DNA of 64,000 nt from Dictyostelium discoideum (taxonomy: Eukaryota). Shown here piece after piece: positions 29,603 to 41,403 of the stretch. A model generated the notes under the pieces. The model was given only the letters and a program-made list of their open reading frames with translations, was not told the origin of the DNA and did no database searches. The translations under genes were made by a program, and so were the position numbers. How positions within the stretch are numbered: position 1 is the stretch's first letter; each line of letters begins with the position of its first letter. Location of the stretch: assembly GCA_000004695.1 (NCBI GenBank), contig CM000154.2, positions 2,432,001 through 2,496,000 on the forward strand. The letters run 5' to 3'.

Positions 29603-30705
29603 TTAATTAATTAATGGATCTTTTTCATCTTCTGGATTCAAATCTTTAACACGTTGTTTCATTTTAGCGGAAGGAATATTAACCCAACGATTTTTAATAT
29701 CGACAAGGATGATAATAATTTGAACAACAAAACATAAACAAGCGAGACCGAAAAAGACAAGTTCAGCAACGTGATAAGCATTTGGTGATGCGTATTTTGG
29801 TATTGGAATACATGAACTTGAGCCTGCTGTGGAGTTTGTATCTATATGATGTGAAGTGGAGCTTAATAAAGTATGATTTGATGGTGATGGTGATGGTGAT
29901 GAATGATGATCAGAAGAGGTTGCTGGTTCACATGATCCACTTGAATCTGAGGAGACTGGATTGGTGTTAAAGTGAGCAATGATTGCATTAATGATTAAAC
30001 CAAATGAGGCAACGGCTGCATTTTGACAAGCAAAAGCCAAACCATAGGCAGAACCTAAACTCTTGCTTGGTACTAAACATGGAATGGTAACCCAAATAGA
30101 AGCGGCCATAAAGGCATAACTTCCACCTAAAAATATGGCACCAGCCCAAACGTTGATATCACTGAATGCGAACAAACCATGAGCAACAACCAAGAGGGCT
30201 GATGCAAATGTGGTGAATGCAATATTGTGACCAGTACGATCAACGATGAAACCAATGATTGGTGATGAAACTGCTGCATAATAAGGTACTGATGCGATCG
30301 ATGTTGCTAAATCTGCTGAAATACCATATTTACTTTGGAAGAAATCTGCACAAATTGAAACGAAAACAAATAATGGTACATAAAATAATACGACTGATAA
30401 ATTGATTAACCAAAGAGTACCTGGGAAATGGAAAACATCTTTAAATGATCTTAAGATATCCATAAATGATGATGCTGTTGTTGTGTTTGGATCATCTTTA
30501 TCTTTTTTACCTCTAATAACATCAAGTACAACTAAAATAATACATGATGCAAATGAAATACCACAAACAATTGCACCAACCCAAATTGCTGCTGGTACTC
30601 TACTAACTTCATTATTTTCAATTTTTGGTGAGATTTGGAAATTAATTGCACTACCCTAAATTATTATTATTATTATTAAAAATGAATAAAATTAAATTAG
30701 TAAAT

Positions 30706-30784
<79 letters not shown>

Positions 30785-31352
30785 GATATTTACAATTCTT
30801 GAAAATGCAAGAGTAATTGCAAATGCAAAATTAATATCACCTCTACCTTTGAACCAAGTTGCACAAAAAGTTGATTGAGCAACACTAAGTGATTCACCAC
30901 CAAGACTATATAATTAAAAAAAAAAAATTTGTTAATGATTCCCTTTTCTCTATCTCTTCAATAATTGAATAATTAAGCACAATAACTAAAAACCAATACA
31001 AATATATAGATATATATATAAAATACATACCCAAAAATGGTTCTACCAACTAAAGCTAACCAAAATAATTTTAAGTTTGATGAAACTGAGAAAATGATTT
31101 GACCGGCCATAACTAAACAACAAAAAATGATTGCACCTTTTTTAAGACCAAAAACGTTATCAATAAAATAACCACCAAAAAATACAATAATCATATTTGG
31201 AAAACTGTATACTGAATATAAAAGATTCCATTTAACATTATCTACTTTATATAACTAAAAATAAAATGAAAAAAAAAAATTATTATTATTATTTTTATTA
31301 TTATTAGAAAAAAAAAAAAAAAAAAAAATGTTATTATTTATTATTTAATTTT

Positions 31353-31419
<67 letters not shown>

Positions 31420-31570
31420 TAATAGTTATAATACATACTGTTTCAATACCTGTTTGTAAAGCAGCTGGAATATCATAAATATAATAGCTACCTAATGTGA
31501 TTAAACAAATAAAAAGCAAACCGAAATAACGGAATGCATGTCCGAAAAAACTTGTCTTGTTTTCACTCAT
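29603..31570 (-). CDS. Major facilitator superfamily transporter (MFSD1-like). complement(join(29603..30607,30794..30905,31031..31254,31439..31570)). The 30607 boundary is uncertain.
   Basis: Exon 1 ends ...QTGIET at a GTATGT donor. Exon 2 reads LYKVDNVKWNLLYSVYSFPNMIIVFFGGYFIDNVFGLKKG...GRTIFG (phase 2), exon 3 LGGESLSVAQSTFCATWFKGRGDINFAFAITLAFSRI (GTAAAT donor), and exon 4 ...VGVPAAIWVGAIVCGISF... through 12 TM-like segments to the stop. Intron 1 contains an ~85-nt poly(A) and intron 3 an (AAT)n. The last acceptor was chosen as the only in-frame phase-0 AG, at 30609-30608. Confidence 0.65.
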
Positions 31571-32365
31571 TTTATTTGTATATATAAATATTGTTATATA
31601 TATAAATAATTAATGTGTGTGTAGGGAAAAAAAAAAAAAAAAAATGAAAATTAAAAAAAAAAAAAAATAGATAAAAAAATTGAGACCCCTGGGATGATAA
31701 AAATTTCGTTTTTTTTTATTATTTTAAAAATTCAAAAAATTAATTTGAAAAAAAAAAAATAAAATAATTAAAATTAAATTTGATGAGAAATATCTAAAAA
31801 CCTTTCAAATATTCCAAAAGAGGACAGGATTGTAGTTAAATGATTTTAGAATAATCGATGCGACCTCATTCTTTTTTTATAATTTTAAAAGAATTAAATA
31901 ATTATTAGTTTAATAACCACTTATAGTCTTTTTTTCAAATTTTTCTACATATGGGCATAAAAATAAAAATAAAAAAAAAAATTAAAAAAAATAAAAAAAA
32001 ATATTAACTAAAAAAATAAAAATAAAAAAACAAAATTTAATTTGTTGTGACATTTTAAAATTTTTTTTTTTTTTTTTCACTAAAATTATTTCACAAAATT
32101 TAATTAAATCAGTAAATGAAAAAAAAAGTATAAATAAAAATATGTATTTTAAGTTTTTAGACACCAATAATTTCAATTTTCAAACACCATACATAAAAAT
32201 AGGATGCAAAGTTTAAATAATAATAATAATAATAACCAAAAAAAAAAGGAAAAACATAAAAAAAAAAAAAAGAATTTGAAATTATAATTTTTAAATTATT
32301 TCTTAAACCAAAAAAAAAAAAGAAAAAAAAAACATATTTTCACAAAAAAAAAAAAAAAAAAACAA

Positions 32366-32398
<33 letters not shown>

Positions 32399-32401
32399 TT
32401 T

Positions 32402-32434
<33 letters not shown>

Positions 32435-32467
32435 CATTTTCGTCAATTATAAAAAAAGAATATCAAA

Positions 32468-33096
32468 ATGAGTAAAAATAATAATAATAATAATGGTGGT
32501 GAAAGAATCCAACCAATTGAAAACAATGATAATATTCATATGTATAGTTTACCATCAACACAAATTAATGAAGATAAAGTAAAACCAACTGGAATTATTG
32601 ATGGTTTATTAAATATTAATGTTTCAGAAATACCATGTTTTAAATCATCAATGCTATATGCAGTTGGTGGTGCTATGGGTGTATTAGCAGTAACCTCACT
32701 TATTCCATCTTTAAGAACAAGTAATTATTAATTTTTATTTTCTTTTTTTTTTTATTTTTTTTTTTAATTTCTTACTTACATTTTTTTACCTGAAAATTAC
32801 AGAAAGATTTGGACCAGCAGATTATGGTGTTTGGACATTTTTAGGTATTGCAAGTTTATCTTGGTAAATATATTGATTTATTTTTTTTTTTTTTTTTTCA
32901 ATATCATGATTATATAAAATTTTCTAATAATAATTATAATTATAATAATAATAATTTTTATTTTAGGCCAATTTGTGATTATAACCACAAATTACACAAT
33001 AAAAGGGTTAAATTATTAATGGATGCACAAGTAGCTGAAATGAATAGAAAGATGAGTGAGAAGATTGAAACAGAAAAAGAGGATCAAAAAAAATAA
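32468..33096 (+). CDS. Cytochrome c oxidase assembly factor COX20 homolog. join(32468..32720,32803..32863,32967..33096).
   Basis: The spliced product ...IPCFKSSMLYAVGGAMGVLAVTSLIPSLRTKRFGPADYGVWTFLGIASLSWPICDYNHKLHNKRVKLL... is collinear with human COX20 (NTPCARHSILYGSLGSVVAGFGHFLFTSRIRRSCDVGVGGFILVTLGCWFHCRYNYAKQRIQ). Donors are GTAATT and GTAAAT; phases are 1 and 2. Confidence 0.65.
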
Positions 33097-33169
33097 TATA
33101 ATTTAATAGTTTTTATATTGAAAAAAAAAGAAAAAAAGAAAAAAAGCACAGATGATTTTAAAATATTTT

Positions 33170-33232
33170 ATTATGGCGGATTCAAAATTAATGTGGCGGA
33201 TTCAAAATTAATGTGGCGAATTCAAATATTAA
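33170..33232. repeat. Tandem 20-mer repeat (ATGTGGCGGATTCAAAATTA x ~2.7).
   Basis: Direct repeat 'tggcggattcaaaattaatg tggcggattcaaaattaatg tggcgaattcaaatatta'. It is GC-containing, lies in an intergenic AT desert, and encodes no ORF. Confidence 0.6.
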
Positions 33233-34604
33233 ATACTTGGCTATTTAAATAAATTTTCCCCGAAAAGAAGAAAAAAAAAAAAGAAAGGGAAAGAAAATAA
33301 TTTTGCCCCTTTGGTGTTTTTTTTTGGTTTTTTTTTTTTTTTATTTTTTAAAATTTTAATGTTAATTTTATTTAATTCTATTTTTTTAATTTTATTTTTA
33401 TAAAATATAAATAATTTTTATTTATTTTCATTTTTAATTTTATTTTTAATTTTATTTTTAATTTTATTTTTAATTTTATTTTTAATTTCATTTTAATTCC
33501 AACCATCAAAAATAATTATATTTACAAGGTGGTCCACCTGCCAAGCATCAATTGATATCATTGAACAAATAAAGCTTCATGCCAGTGTTTACATTCAAAT
33601 AAGAAAATTTTAAATAGATCAATCAATTTAGGTGACGGTCATGTGTTGACAACTAATGAATAAAATAATACCCAAAAATTTTTGAAAGTATTAAAATGGC
33701 TCATGGAGCATTGGGTTTATTGAACCATTATAAAATAAAAAGAAAAAAAAGAATAAAAAAACAAAAATAAAATAAAATTTTGAAAAAAAAAATAACTTTC
33801 AGACTAAACGCATTGCATCCAATGAAATCGAAAATAAAAAAAATAAAAAAAATAAAAAATACCACACACCAAAATGATCATGTCAGTTTTTTATTTTTTT
33901 TTTCATTTTATTTTTTTCAAAAATATAATTTTTTTTTTTTTTTTTTTATTTTTTTTTTAAATAGTAATCAAAAAAAAAAAAAAAAGATATTTTCGAAAAA
34001 TTCAACTAATCAAACTTTGATTAAAAAAAAAAAAGTGAAAAAAAAAAAGTGTTTAGAAAAAAAATGAAAAAAAAAATGAAAAAGATCTAGATCAAAATCT
34101 TTTTTTTTTTTTATTTATATTTTTTTTTTGTTATTATTTTTAATTAAAATAAAAAATTAAGAAATAAAATAAAAATTGTAAAATGAATTATTGTTTGAAA
34201 AATTGGAAAAGAATACTCGCTCTCATATTACCTTGTACAATTAATATTAAAAAAAAAAAAATATTTTTAATAAAAAAAAGTTATTTTTAGTTTAAAATTG
34301 ATGAGAACCAAAATCAAACATTTGATATGGAGGATTTTTAACCACGCACTATCAAAAAAAAAAAAAATATCAACCAAAAGGTTAGGTTTTTTGAAAATTT
34401 TTTTTTTTACGAAAAGCATTCAACTGTAACAAAAAAAAAAATGGTTCACATAAAAAAATTTAAAAATATCTAGCCCAACGAGTTGATTGTATTCGAAATG
34501 ATTTGATTGGTTGCATATAATTTAAAAATAAGTTTTTATAAAAAATAAAAAAAAAATTACAAAGTGAATAAAAAAAAAAAAAAATTAAAAAATTAAAAAT
34601 AGCA

Positions 34605-34649
<45 letters not shown>

Positions 34650-35249
34650 ATCAATTAGTTTTTGTGTTGTAAACTTGTGGATGAAGTTGTTTTGAAGAGA
34701 AAGAGATTGTGTGTATTTTCAATATAGATTTTATCAAAATATCAAAAAAAAGTTATCATTATCAAATTTTTTTTTGAAAGTAAGTAAAAATTATTTTTTC
34801 AGCAAACTCAGTTTCAACGAACACTTCTGAAAATGTTGCCCAACATCTCAAAATCAAATATGAAAAACAAATTAGATTTTAGCTATTAACCCAAAACCTT
34901 TTTTTTTTTTTTAACCATTTTCTTTTATTTTTTTTTTATTTATTTTTTTATTTACCTTTTTTTTTCATTTTTTTATTTTTTTTTTTCTATACATTTTATT
35001 TATTCATTTAAAAAAAAAAAAAAAAAAAATAGATCATCACACAAATATATTATTTATATATTTTTTTTTAAATATATATTATATAAATAATTATTTGTAA
35101 TCTATTAATTCTAATTTGTTTTTTATATATATCACATTTTAGAACACACAATCATATTTAAAATTCTTTTTATTATTTATTATTATTAATTTTTGTATAA
35201 TTAAAATCATAAACAAACACACATACACACATAAAATTATTTTCACAAA

Positions 35250-35617
35250 ATGAGTTCTCACAAAACCTCATCAAAGTCCTCATCATCAAATAGCTCAATG
35301 AGTATGATATTGGGATTTTCTAAATCATTAGAGAAAGGTAAAATATTAGACAATTAAATATAAATAATTATTTCAATTAATAATATTAATGTAAACACTT
35401 TTTTTTATTCTTTTTTATTTTAATTTTTTATTTAGGGTCTTTTGGTGTTTTGTATGCTATGATCAAAGGAAACACATTCCCAAGAATATTGACCATCTTA
35501 AGTTTGTTGATAGAGTTTTGTCGTATGTATAAAATAAAAATAACCGCGGGGTTGATGTTATTGATTTTTTTTTTATTTTTATTTTTATTTTTTTTTTTTT
35601 TTGTGATTTCCAAAATA

Positions 35618-35654
<37 letters not shown>

Positions 35655-38600
35655 CCCAAAATTTTTCATTTTCCAAAAGTCACATGCCCACTGACAAATT
35701 TTAATTAATTAACCCCTTAATCTGTTTCTATTTTAACCAATCACAATTTTCCAAAAAAAAATAAACCCAAACCCAAAAAAAAAAAAAAAAAAAAAATAAT
35801 AAAAAATTAATAATAAAATAATAAATAAAAAAATAATAATAAAAAATTTAATAAAAAATTAAATAATAATAATAAATAAAAATAAAATTACAATGAATAG
35901 AATTATCATCTTTTGGTTTTAAACATCAATATCCATGGGGTGGTGATGCTGGATAGTAAGTTTTTAATTTATTGTTATACCAAAATAATTAAATAGCTTT
36001 TTAACAAATTTTTTATTATATTATTATTATAATTATTATTACTTTTAAAAAATTATTAGTTATTTAAAAAAAATTATGTCACCAATTAGTCATCCATCAG
36101 ATGTTATTGGGTATACTGGTTTTACAATCTTTTTTTGGATTGTCATTGGTTTGATGTTATTAGGTTTTTTAAATATTTGGTATGTTGCATATCAATTTTA
36201 TCGTGGTAAAATTGCAAATATTTGGATTATTAGAACTCTTCGTTGGTTTGTTAGTACTACTGTAGCAGTTTTATTTATTCCAATCATTTCCTTACTTTTA
36301 ATTGGTTTGGATTGTGAGTACACAAGTAAAGGTGCTTTTCTTAGAAAGTTTGGTGGTGAAAATATTTATTGTTATAAAGGTGCAAACTTACCAATTGCAA
36401 TTATTTCAATTATTTTTATTATTTTTTTCAGTCAAGTTGGTTTTACATCAAGTGCAACCTATTATGAATATGATCCAAATGTTAAATCAAGATTTGCTAA
36501 ACCACATGCAAGAGTAAGATATTTTCTTTTTATTTTGTTTTATTTTTAAACTTTTTACTAATTTTTATTTTTTATTTTTATTATTAAATTATTTAGTTAG
36601 ATGTTATTATTTTATTAGTAAAACTTATTCTTGCATTATTAAATTCATTAGTTGATTTTTCACCATGGACAACATCAATTGTATTTTTTATTTTATCATT
36701 AGCATTAGTACTTGGATCAATTTTAGTTTTACCATATAATAATCAAAGATTAAATCAAATAAAGAGTGGATTTTATGCAACAGTATTTTGGGTATCATTT
36801 ATGACATTGGTAAATATGGGCATTAATGATGAAACATCACCAGCTACATGTTATGTTACAATTGTTGGTGTATTCTTTGCTTTTCCAGTTGGTTACTTTT
36901 CCAATAGATTATTTTATAAATTTTTATGTTCAAAGATTAACCAATTAAGAATTCCATCAACTTTATCAACTATGGATCTTCATGAAAATAAAGATAAAGA
37001 AAATGATAAATATGAAACTCATACTTCAAGAGTAACATGGGGTAGACAACCAGTAACATTGGGTAGTAAAAGACAAATTATACTTCCATTTTTCGGTAGT
37101 AAATTTGCATTTCCATTCTTTGTTGAAATCATGGCAAGAAAATTATTAAGAGGTAGTAATGAAGGTGTTTCAAGTAGTCCAATTGAATCAATTGAACGTG
37201 CAAATAATCTTTATCAATGTGGTTTACAATATTTCCCAAATTCAGATATATTATGGATGGCATATTGTAACTTTTTATTCACAGTTAGAAAAGATAGACA
37301 TATCGGTTATGCTGCATTAGAAAAACTTAGAAGAATGAATCCTTCTTTCGATGTTCGTTTCTTCATTTATCAACGTGATAAAGAAAGAGAACAAATTATG
37401 GATTCAGATTTACGTGGTCCAGAACATACAGGTAAAATTCAAGATTTCGTCAGTTACATGGAATTTAAAAAACTTTATTATGGTGCTAAAAGACATCATG
37501 TTAAATGTTTAACATATATTAAAAAGTTTTGGGGTTTATTATTACATGAAACAGTTGATCTTCATCGTTTATCAGATTTATCAGGTCGTATTGCAACAAC
37601 TGAAAATAAAGCAAATGAAAGTTATGAACGTTTGTTAGCACTCAATCCAAATTCAGTTAGAGTACTTCGTGATTATTCTCAATTCCTTGAAGAAGTTGTA
37701 AGAGATAAAGAATCATCATATAAATTACAAAAGAAAGCAGAAGCAATCGAAGACATCATGAGTAAAAGTCAAACAACTGATTTTAAAACAATTGATATTA
37801 AAAATTTAGAAGACTCTGATACAGAAGTTGATCAAGTATTAAAACAAGAACCAAATGCAATTCAATTGGCAAAGATTGATGCAGATATTGAAAAATCAGG
37901 ATCAAAATCAGGATCATCAAAATCAAAAGATGATTCATCAGAATCAAGTAGTTCATCAAAAGGTAGAAGTAATAAATATAAGGAATTCCAACAAAGTAAT
38001 GCAATTAACAAACTTTCATGGTTAATGATTGGTACAACTGCATGTTGTGTTATTTATTTAATTATTGTTTTGGTTGTATTCAGAGGATTGGCAGTTAAAC
38101 ACACCAATGCATATCAAGGTATTTTATCAATTACAGATTGTGCAACTGAAGCAGTTTCAATTGCAATCAATTTAAATACTATGCAAGCATATGCATTAGG
38201 TGCTGGCTTAAGTTTCCCAATTGAGGCAGCTGTTGAACAAATTAATATTTTAAAAGCTCAAAACGATAGAAGTTTAATTATAATGAAAAATATCCATGAT
38301 GCAATTTATTGGGGTGAAGGTAATCCAGCTGCATATGTTGGTGATAATTTATCCAAATTAAAAGATAGAAATGGTATTGATGTTTTCGATATTGGTTCAA
38401 CCATTTTCACATTTGATCAATTCAATCGTTCAAACACCGTTTTAGAAAATAAAAGAATGATTCAAATTTATAGTGAACCATCAGTCAATATGTCAATTTT
38501 GGTTGCACCAAAAGGGACCAATACAACTACTCATTATTCTCAAACTTATAACGCTTGGAAAGCTGGCAATGCTTTCATTGAAAGTGCAATCATAGCCAAT

Positions 38601-40115
38601 AAATTATCAGTTTATGATTTCATAAATGGTTCCACAAATCCAGATTTGAAGTTTGTAATTTTAAATGCACCAAGCAATATTCCAGATATTTATTTAAAAA
38701 TACAACAAGCTTATATAGATTCTTTGGTTGACAATATTATGAACACTTTGAATACGATCCTTTACGTTTGGTTGGCCATTTTTGGTTTTCTTGTTGTTAT
38801 TGGTGCTGTTTTATTCCGTCCAATTGTTAGAAAGATTTCTCGTGAAAAGATTCGTACACTTGTATTATTTTCATTGGCACCAAGAGATGTGGTAATTAAA
38901 CTTTCAACAAAGAAAATTAAAATGGTTAGTTTAGATAGTGGTAGTGAACGTGATAATCTTTTCGATACAACTGACGATGATGATGGACGTGATGATCACG
39001 AACATCTTCACCATGATAGTGATAATACCCCCACAGGAGAAAGAAAAAAGAACGACGATATTGTATCAATTAATGTTACTGATCCAACTGGTGCAACTCT
39101 CTCTTTATCTCCATCCAATCCAAGAAAACATTCTCAATCCTCAGATAATGAAGCAGAAAACCGTTCATCCAACAAAAGCAACAATCAATTTGGTGATCGT
39201 CGTCCATTAATGGATTCAACTGGTGTTTTAGCATCGACAACTTTAAATAATAGAAAATCCAATGAAGAAAAACCAAAATCAGAAGAAGAAAGCAGAGATG
39301 AATATAATAAGAAATATGGTTGGGATGGAAAGACTAAAAGAAATTTAAATAAGAAATCACTCAGATCAGTATTGAGACGTCTTCATTGGTCTTATGTTTT
39401 AGCAATCTTTTTATTATTTGGTTTTATTACAATGGGTATTTGGGTATCATTTACAGTTGTATTTAATAACTCACAATCTGGCTATACCTTGGGTAAAAGT
39501 AGTACAAGAGCATTAAACAGTCGTATCATTAATTTCTATGTAGCTGAACTATATACATTTGATAATGACGCAAACGAACAAAAAGCAATGGACGCTGTAA
39601 CCCATTTACAAGAGAACCATCAATCATTACCATACCTTGAAGAGGTTAGACCATTGATGGAAGGCTCCTATGGTTGTTGGATGCTTAATAAAAGTGATTG
39701 TCTTACAAGAGATTCAATTTATTATTCTGATGTCAGTGTTGGTCTTGACTGGTTAATCGATCAATATGCAAAACACTGTGTATCTCTATTCAACACTGAT
39801 TCTGCAACTCTTGGAACAAGTCCAGAGTTGGCCTGGTTACAAGCAATTGGCTCAAACGTAATGTTCCAAGGCTTGGATACTGCAACTTTTACTTATTTCG
39901 AATACTACCTCTCACTACAAGATTGGGCCACAAAAGTTTTGACTTCAGTTTTAGCTGTTAGTTGTGTTTTATTAGTAATTATATATCTTGTATTATTTAG
40001 ACCATTTATGAATCATCTTAGGATTCAACATATTCATACTTTGGCCTTATTACGTTTAGCTCCTGACGATATTAGATTCATGGAAGTTAGTGATAAAGTT
40101 ATTGACGAAGATTAA
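35250..40115 (+). CDS. Large multipass membrane protein with a cytosolic TPR/HAT-like module, paralog A. Core exons join(36076..36513,36597..40115); probable 5' exons 35250..35337, 35436..35522, 35901..35955, joined via acceptor 36060.
   Basis: The core has a 4-TM N-terminus, then a GTAAGA donor at 36514 and acceptor AG 36595-36596 that splices in frame to LDVIILLVKLILALLNSLVDFSPW... It continues through a TPR-like block (LYQCGLQYFPNSDILWMAYCNFLFTV...), a TM, a ~550-aa luminal/extracellular region and C-terminal TMs. Three short upstream exons are conserved in paralog B while the intervening introns are not. The third ends ...GGDAG at 'ta|GTAAGT', and an in-frame 5-codon linker (YLKKI) reaches the core ATG. 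Confidence 0.6.
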
Positions 40116-40300
40116 AAAAAATTAAAATGAAAAAGAAAAGGATTTTTTTGTGTATATTAAAAAAAAAAGAAAAAAAAAAAAAAGAAAAAGAAAAAAAAAA
40201 ACTACAACTTTGTAAAGTAAAAAAAAAAAAAAAAACCTTTAATAAAAATCTAAAACATTTCTATTTATTTAATATTTTTTGTTGAGGTTGATAATTTGAG

Positions 40301-40332
<32 letters not shown>

Positions 40333-40596
40333 CAACCCCTATTTTTACAAATCTGATTTTTAAATTCCTCTTCGGAAATTTAAAAACATTTTTTTTTTTT
40401 TTAGTTGGAGTTAAAAATCTTTTTGATTTTCATGAAATTAAAAAAAAAAAACTGTTTAAAACTTAAACAGTTTCAATTTCATGAAATATTTACTATCAAA
40501 AAATTTTATTTTTAAATTATTAATCATGTTGCGCAATAGTGACGGATATGTCATTGAAAAAAAAAATTTTTAACAAAAATAAGTATTTTGGGTTTA

Positions 40597-40634
<38 letters not shown>

Positions 40635-41125
40635 AAAATAAAAATTTAATCAGTAAATTTTAAAAATATTAAAATTGTCACCATTAAAATGCCAAAAGGC
40701 CAAAGTTTTTCAGCTAATTAATTACCATGTACAAAAAAAAAAAAAATGTTTACACCCAATCAGTCAAAATAAAATTTCTCATATTTCACTTACCGATTCG
40801 AAAACAGTTATTTTAAAAACCATGACAAAAAAAAAAAATTTCAAAAAAAAAAAATTAAAAAAAAACTGTAGATATTTTTTTGATGCCCAACCAAATCTCA
40901 TTCTCAACTTATCTATAAAAAACCACTATCGTCTTTAATGTTTTATTTTTTTTTTTATTTTATTTTTAATTTTTTCTTTTTTTCTTTTTTTTTTTTTTTT
41001 AAAAAAAAATATACCTATAAATTTCTTTTTTTTAATTTTTTTTATTTTTAACAAATCAAAACTATATTTTACCTTTGACACGGTTCTTATATATAATATA
41101 TAATATTCTACTCATTGTTGGGTTT

Positions 41126-41186
<61 letters not shown>

Positions 41187-41230
41187 ATTTGATTAGGAGA
41201 TAATATCTCTTTTCAAAAAAAAAGAAAAAA

Positions 41231-41347
41231 ATGTCATCAACTAAATCAGGTTCCTCAAAATACTCATCTGGAAGTTCCATTAGTTTAATAATGGGTTTTT
41301 CCAGATCATTAGAAAAAGGTAATAATTAGTTTTTAAGAGGGAAGTTC

Positions 41348-41403
<56 letters not shown>

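Noticed and set aside
34440-34520. Possible tRNA genes (TTCGAA at ~34492; GTTCGAT at ~62360).
   Set aside because: Neither site has an acceptor stem, D-arm (AGTGG-like) or anticodon stem that folds into a cloverleaf on manual inspection; no tRNA is claimed.
36302-36517. Overlapping +-strand ORFs inside the large membrane-protein genes (36302..36517, 38938..39210, 44722..44952, 43573..43803).
   Set aside because: They are alternative-frame ORFs inside long coding exons; their amino-acid composition (I/M/V runs) is typical of AT-rich frame shadows.
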